From the NCBI GenBank assembly GCA_047967505.1, contig CM106538.1: a stretch of DNA of 64,000 nucleotides; one strand, 5' to 3'. Position 1 is the stretch's first letter; every line of letters begins with the position of its first letter. The DNA comes from Dipteris shenzhenensis. Taxonomy: Eukaryota. The position numbers and the translations under genes were made by a program. The notes under the pieces were generated by a model that saw only the letters and a program-made list of their open reading frames with translations, made no database searches and was not told the DNA's origin. Positions 62,601 to 64,000 of this stretch are shown here, piece by piece.

Positions 62601-64000
62601 AACCCTGCAACCCCCAATGAAGGTAAAATCTTTCATTACCTCAGCCATGATTATGCACGTTCCTTTCACACATGCATGCACTATGTTTGCTTACCACACT
62701 TAAGCCTATGTCTCTCACTGGAATATGACTCGAGGTCCTAAGGTACACGTATACTACAAACGACAACCCTGATATATCTGTAGGTGACAAAAAGCCTCGG
62801 AACCCTACATATTGAGACTACCTTGATCTTCCTGTGGAAGTCATGGGAAAGATCCAACATCCATCGTCACTATATGCATATCCCACTGATCGTTGTCGTC
62901 ACCCTTACGACCATCCGCACTGACCATGTGGCAATCATTATCTCACTGATCGTTGCTATACATCTATCACATCGATTAGTTCTATATTCTTATTCTGCTA
63001 ATTTGCTGAAAGGTTACCTCACTGCCCACTGCCCACCGCCAAAACTGTATTACACTACCGGTTTCTATATCCATAGCCCTCCGACTGGTGCTATAGAGCT
63101 ATCTCGCCGATTGGTGCGATACCTCTGGGGTAGCCAAGGAATTAAAAAAAAATTCTATAACCTCAGTTTAGCTTGGGTGTCCCCAGCCGGAGGCATCCCA
63201 CATGCACTTGAGGTTCGAAAGGATTTTACCAAGGGATGCCATGCCAAAAGAAGATGCTTTGATCTATGCTCAGCTCACCCTTCCTGCTAGTTGGGAATCT
63301 CAAAGCTTGATCCTGAGCCTCCACTCATTTGTAGGTCCCCATCCAGAAACTTCATCTAGTTCAGACGAAACAGAGAGTCTTGAAGAAGTGATGCAAGACC
63401 CCTCGGGTCTAAGGGCCGGAGGCTCCATTCACAAGAGTAGCCTCTCCCAACTCTCCTGCACCTTCGGTTGCATCCAGGCTTAGAGGTATTATCTAACATG
63501 TTTGGCCACTTAGGACGAATAGAGTCGATAGACATGGAGAACCCTTTGTCCACATGTCCATAGGAAGGGAAGGCCAGCAAGAGCAGACAGTTTCCAAGCA
63601 CCAGATCAGGATAAAAACTACCTTCGCCGATCTAGGTCCCTCTGCCTATGTGAGACCCCCTTAGTGGGAGAACATGGATGACGGAGATCCATGGATGAGG
63701 GAATTTTGTAGACAAGACTCGAGTCGAGGGGACACTAGGAACTTCCAAGGTGGAATGCCTTATGATCCCCTAACAGCCCCAACCCCACCAACCTTCATCA
63801 ACTATGGGGCACCTTAGTTCCCACCCTACCGCCCACTTGTTGGAACCAATGTTACCACGCCCCATGACCCACTGCCTCTGAGAGTTTGTCCCTTCCCGTC
63901 TATACCCGTTGCACAAATGAATGCAGGCATGGGTACTTCTGTCTCAATGCTGACACCAGCAACTACATGGACACCACCACCTCGGCCAGGCCTAAGGCCA

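Overview
Repeat-rich, intron-containing land-plant DNA from a lineage with flagellated sperm (fern-like; inferred from a complete 7-exon CFAP298/C21orf59 cilia gene on the minus strand, 3549-24280). The gene's last intron is about 16.8 kb and filled with nested retroelements. Most of the window is LTR retrotransposon: three related Ty1/copia copies (13296-19767, 41439-46892, and one split at 48189-49770 plus 53939-55307), a gag-only element (32521-39734), a rearranged chromovirus, Athila-like remains, a solo LTR and a 5'-truncated L1 LINE. The most unusual content is at about 32-54 kb: two divergent copies of an apparent RAG1/Transib-like DNA transposon. Copy B (49771-53938) has a spliced transposase with the RAG1-core motifs in order, and a convergently transcribed partner gene. 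Copy A has a homologous partner gene with the same intron (about 32020-41200, +), a homologous transposase tail (47912-48187, -), and between them a divergent histone H3-like pseudogene and a ~216-bp hairpin. Two inversion-plus-deletion scars break LTR elements. All alignments were made by eye; no database search was possible.
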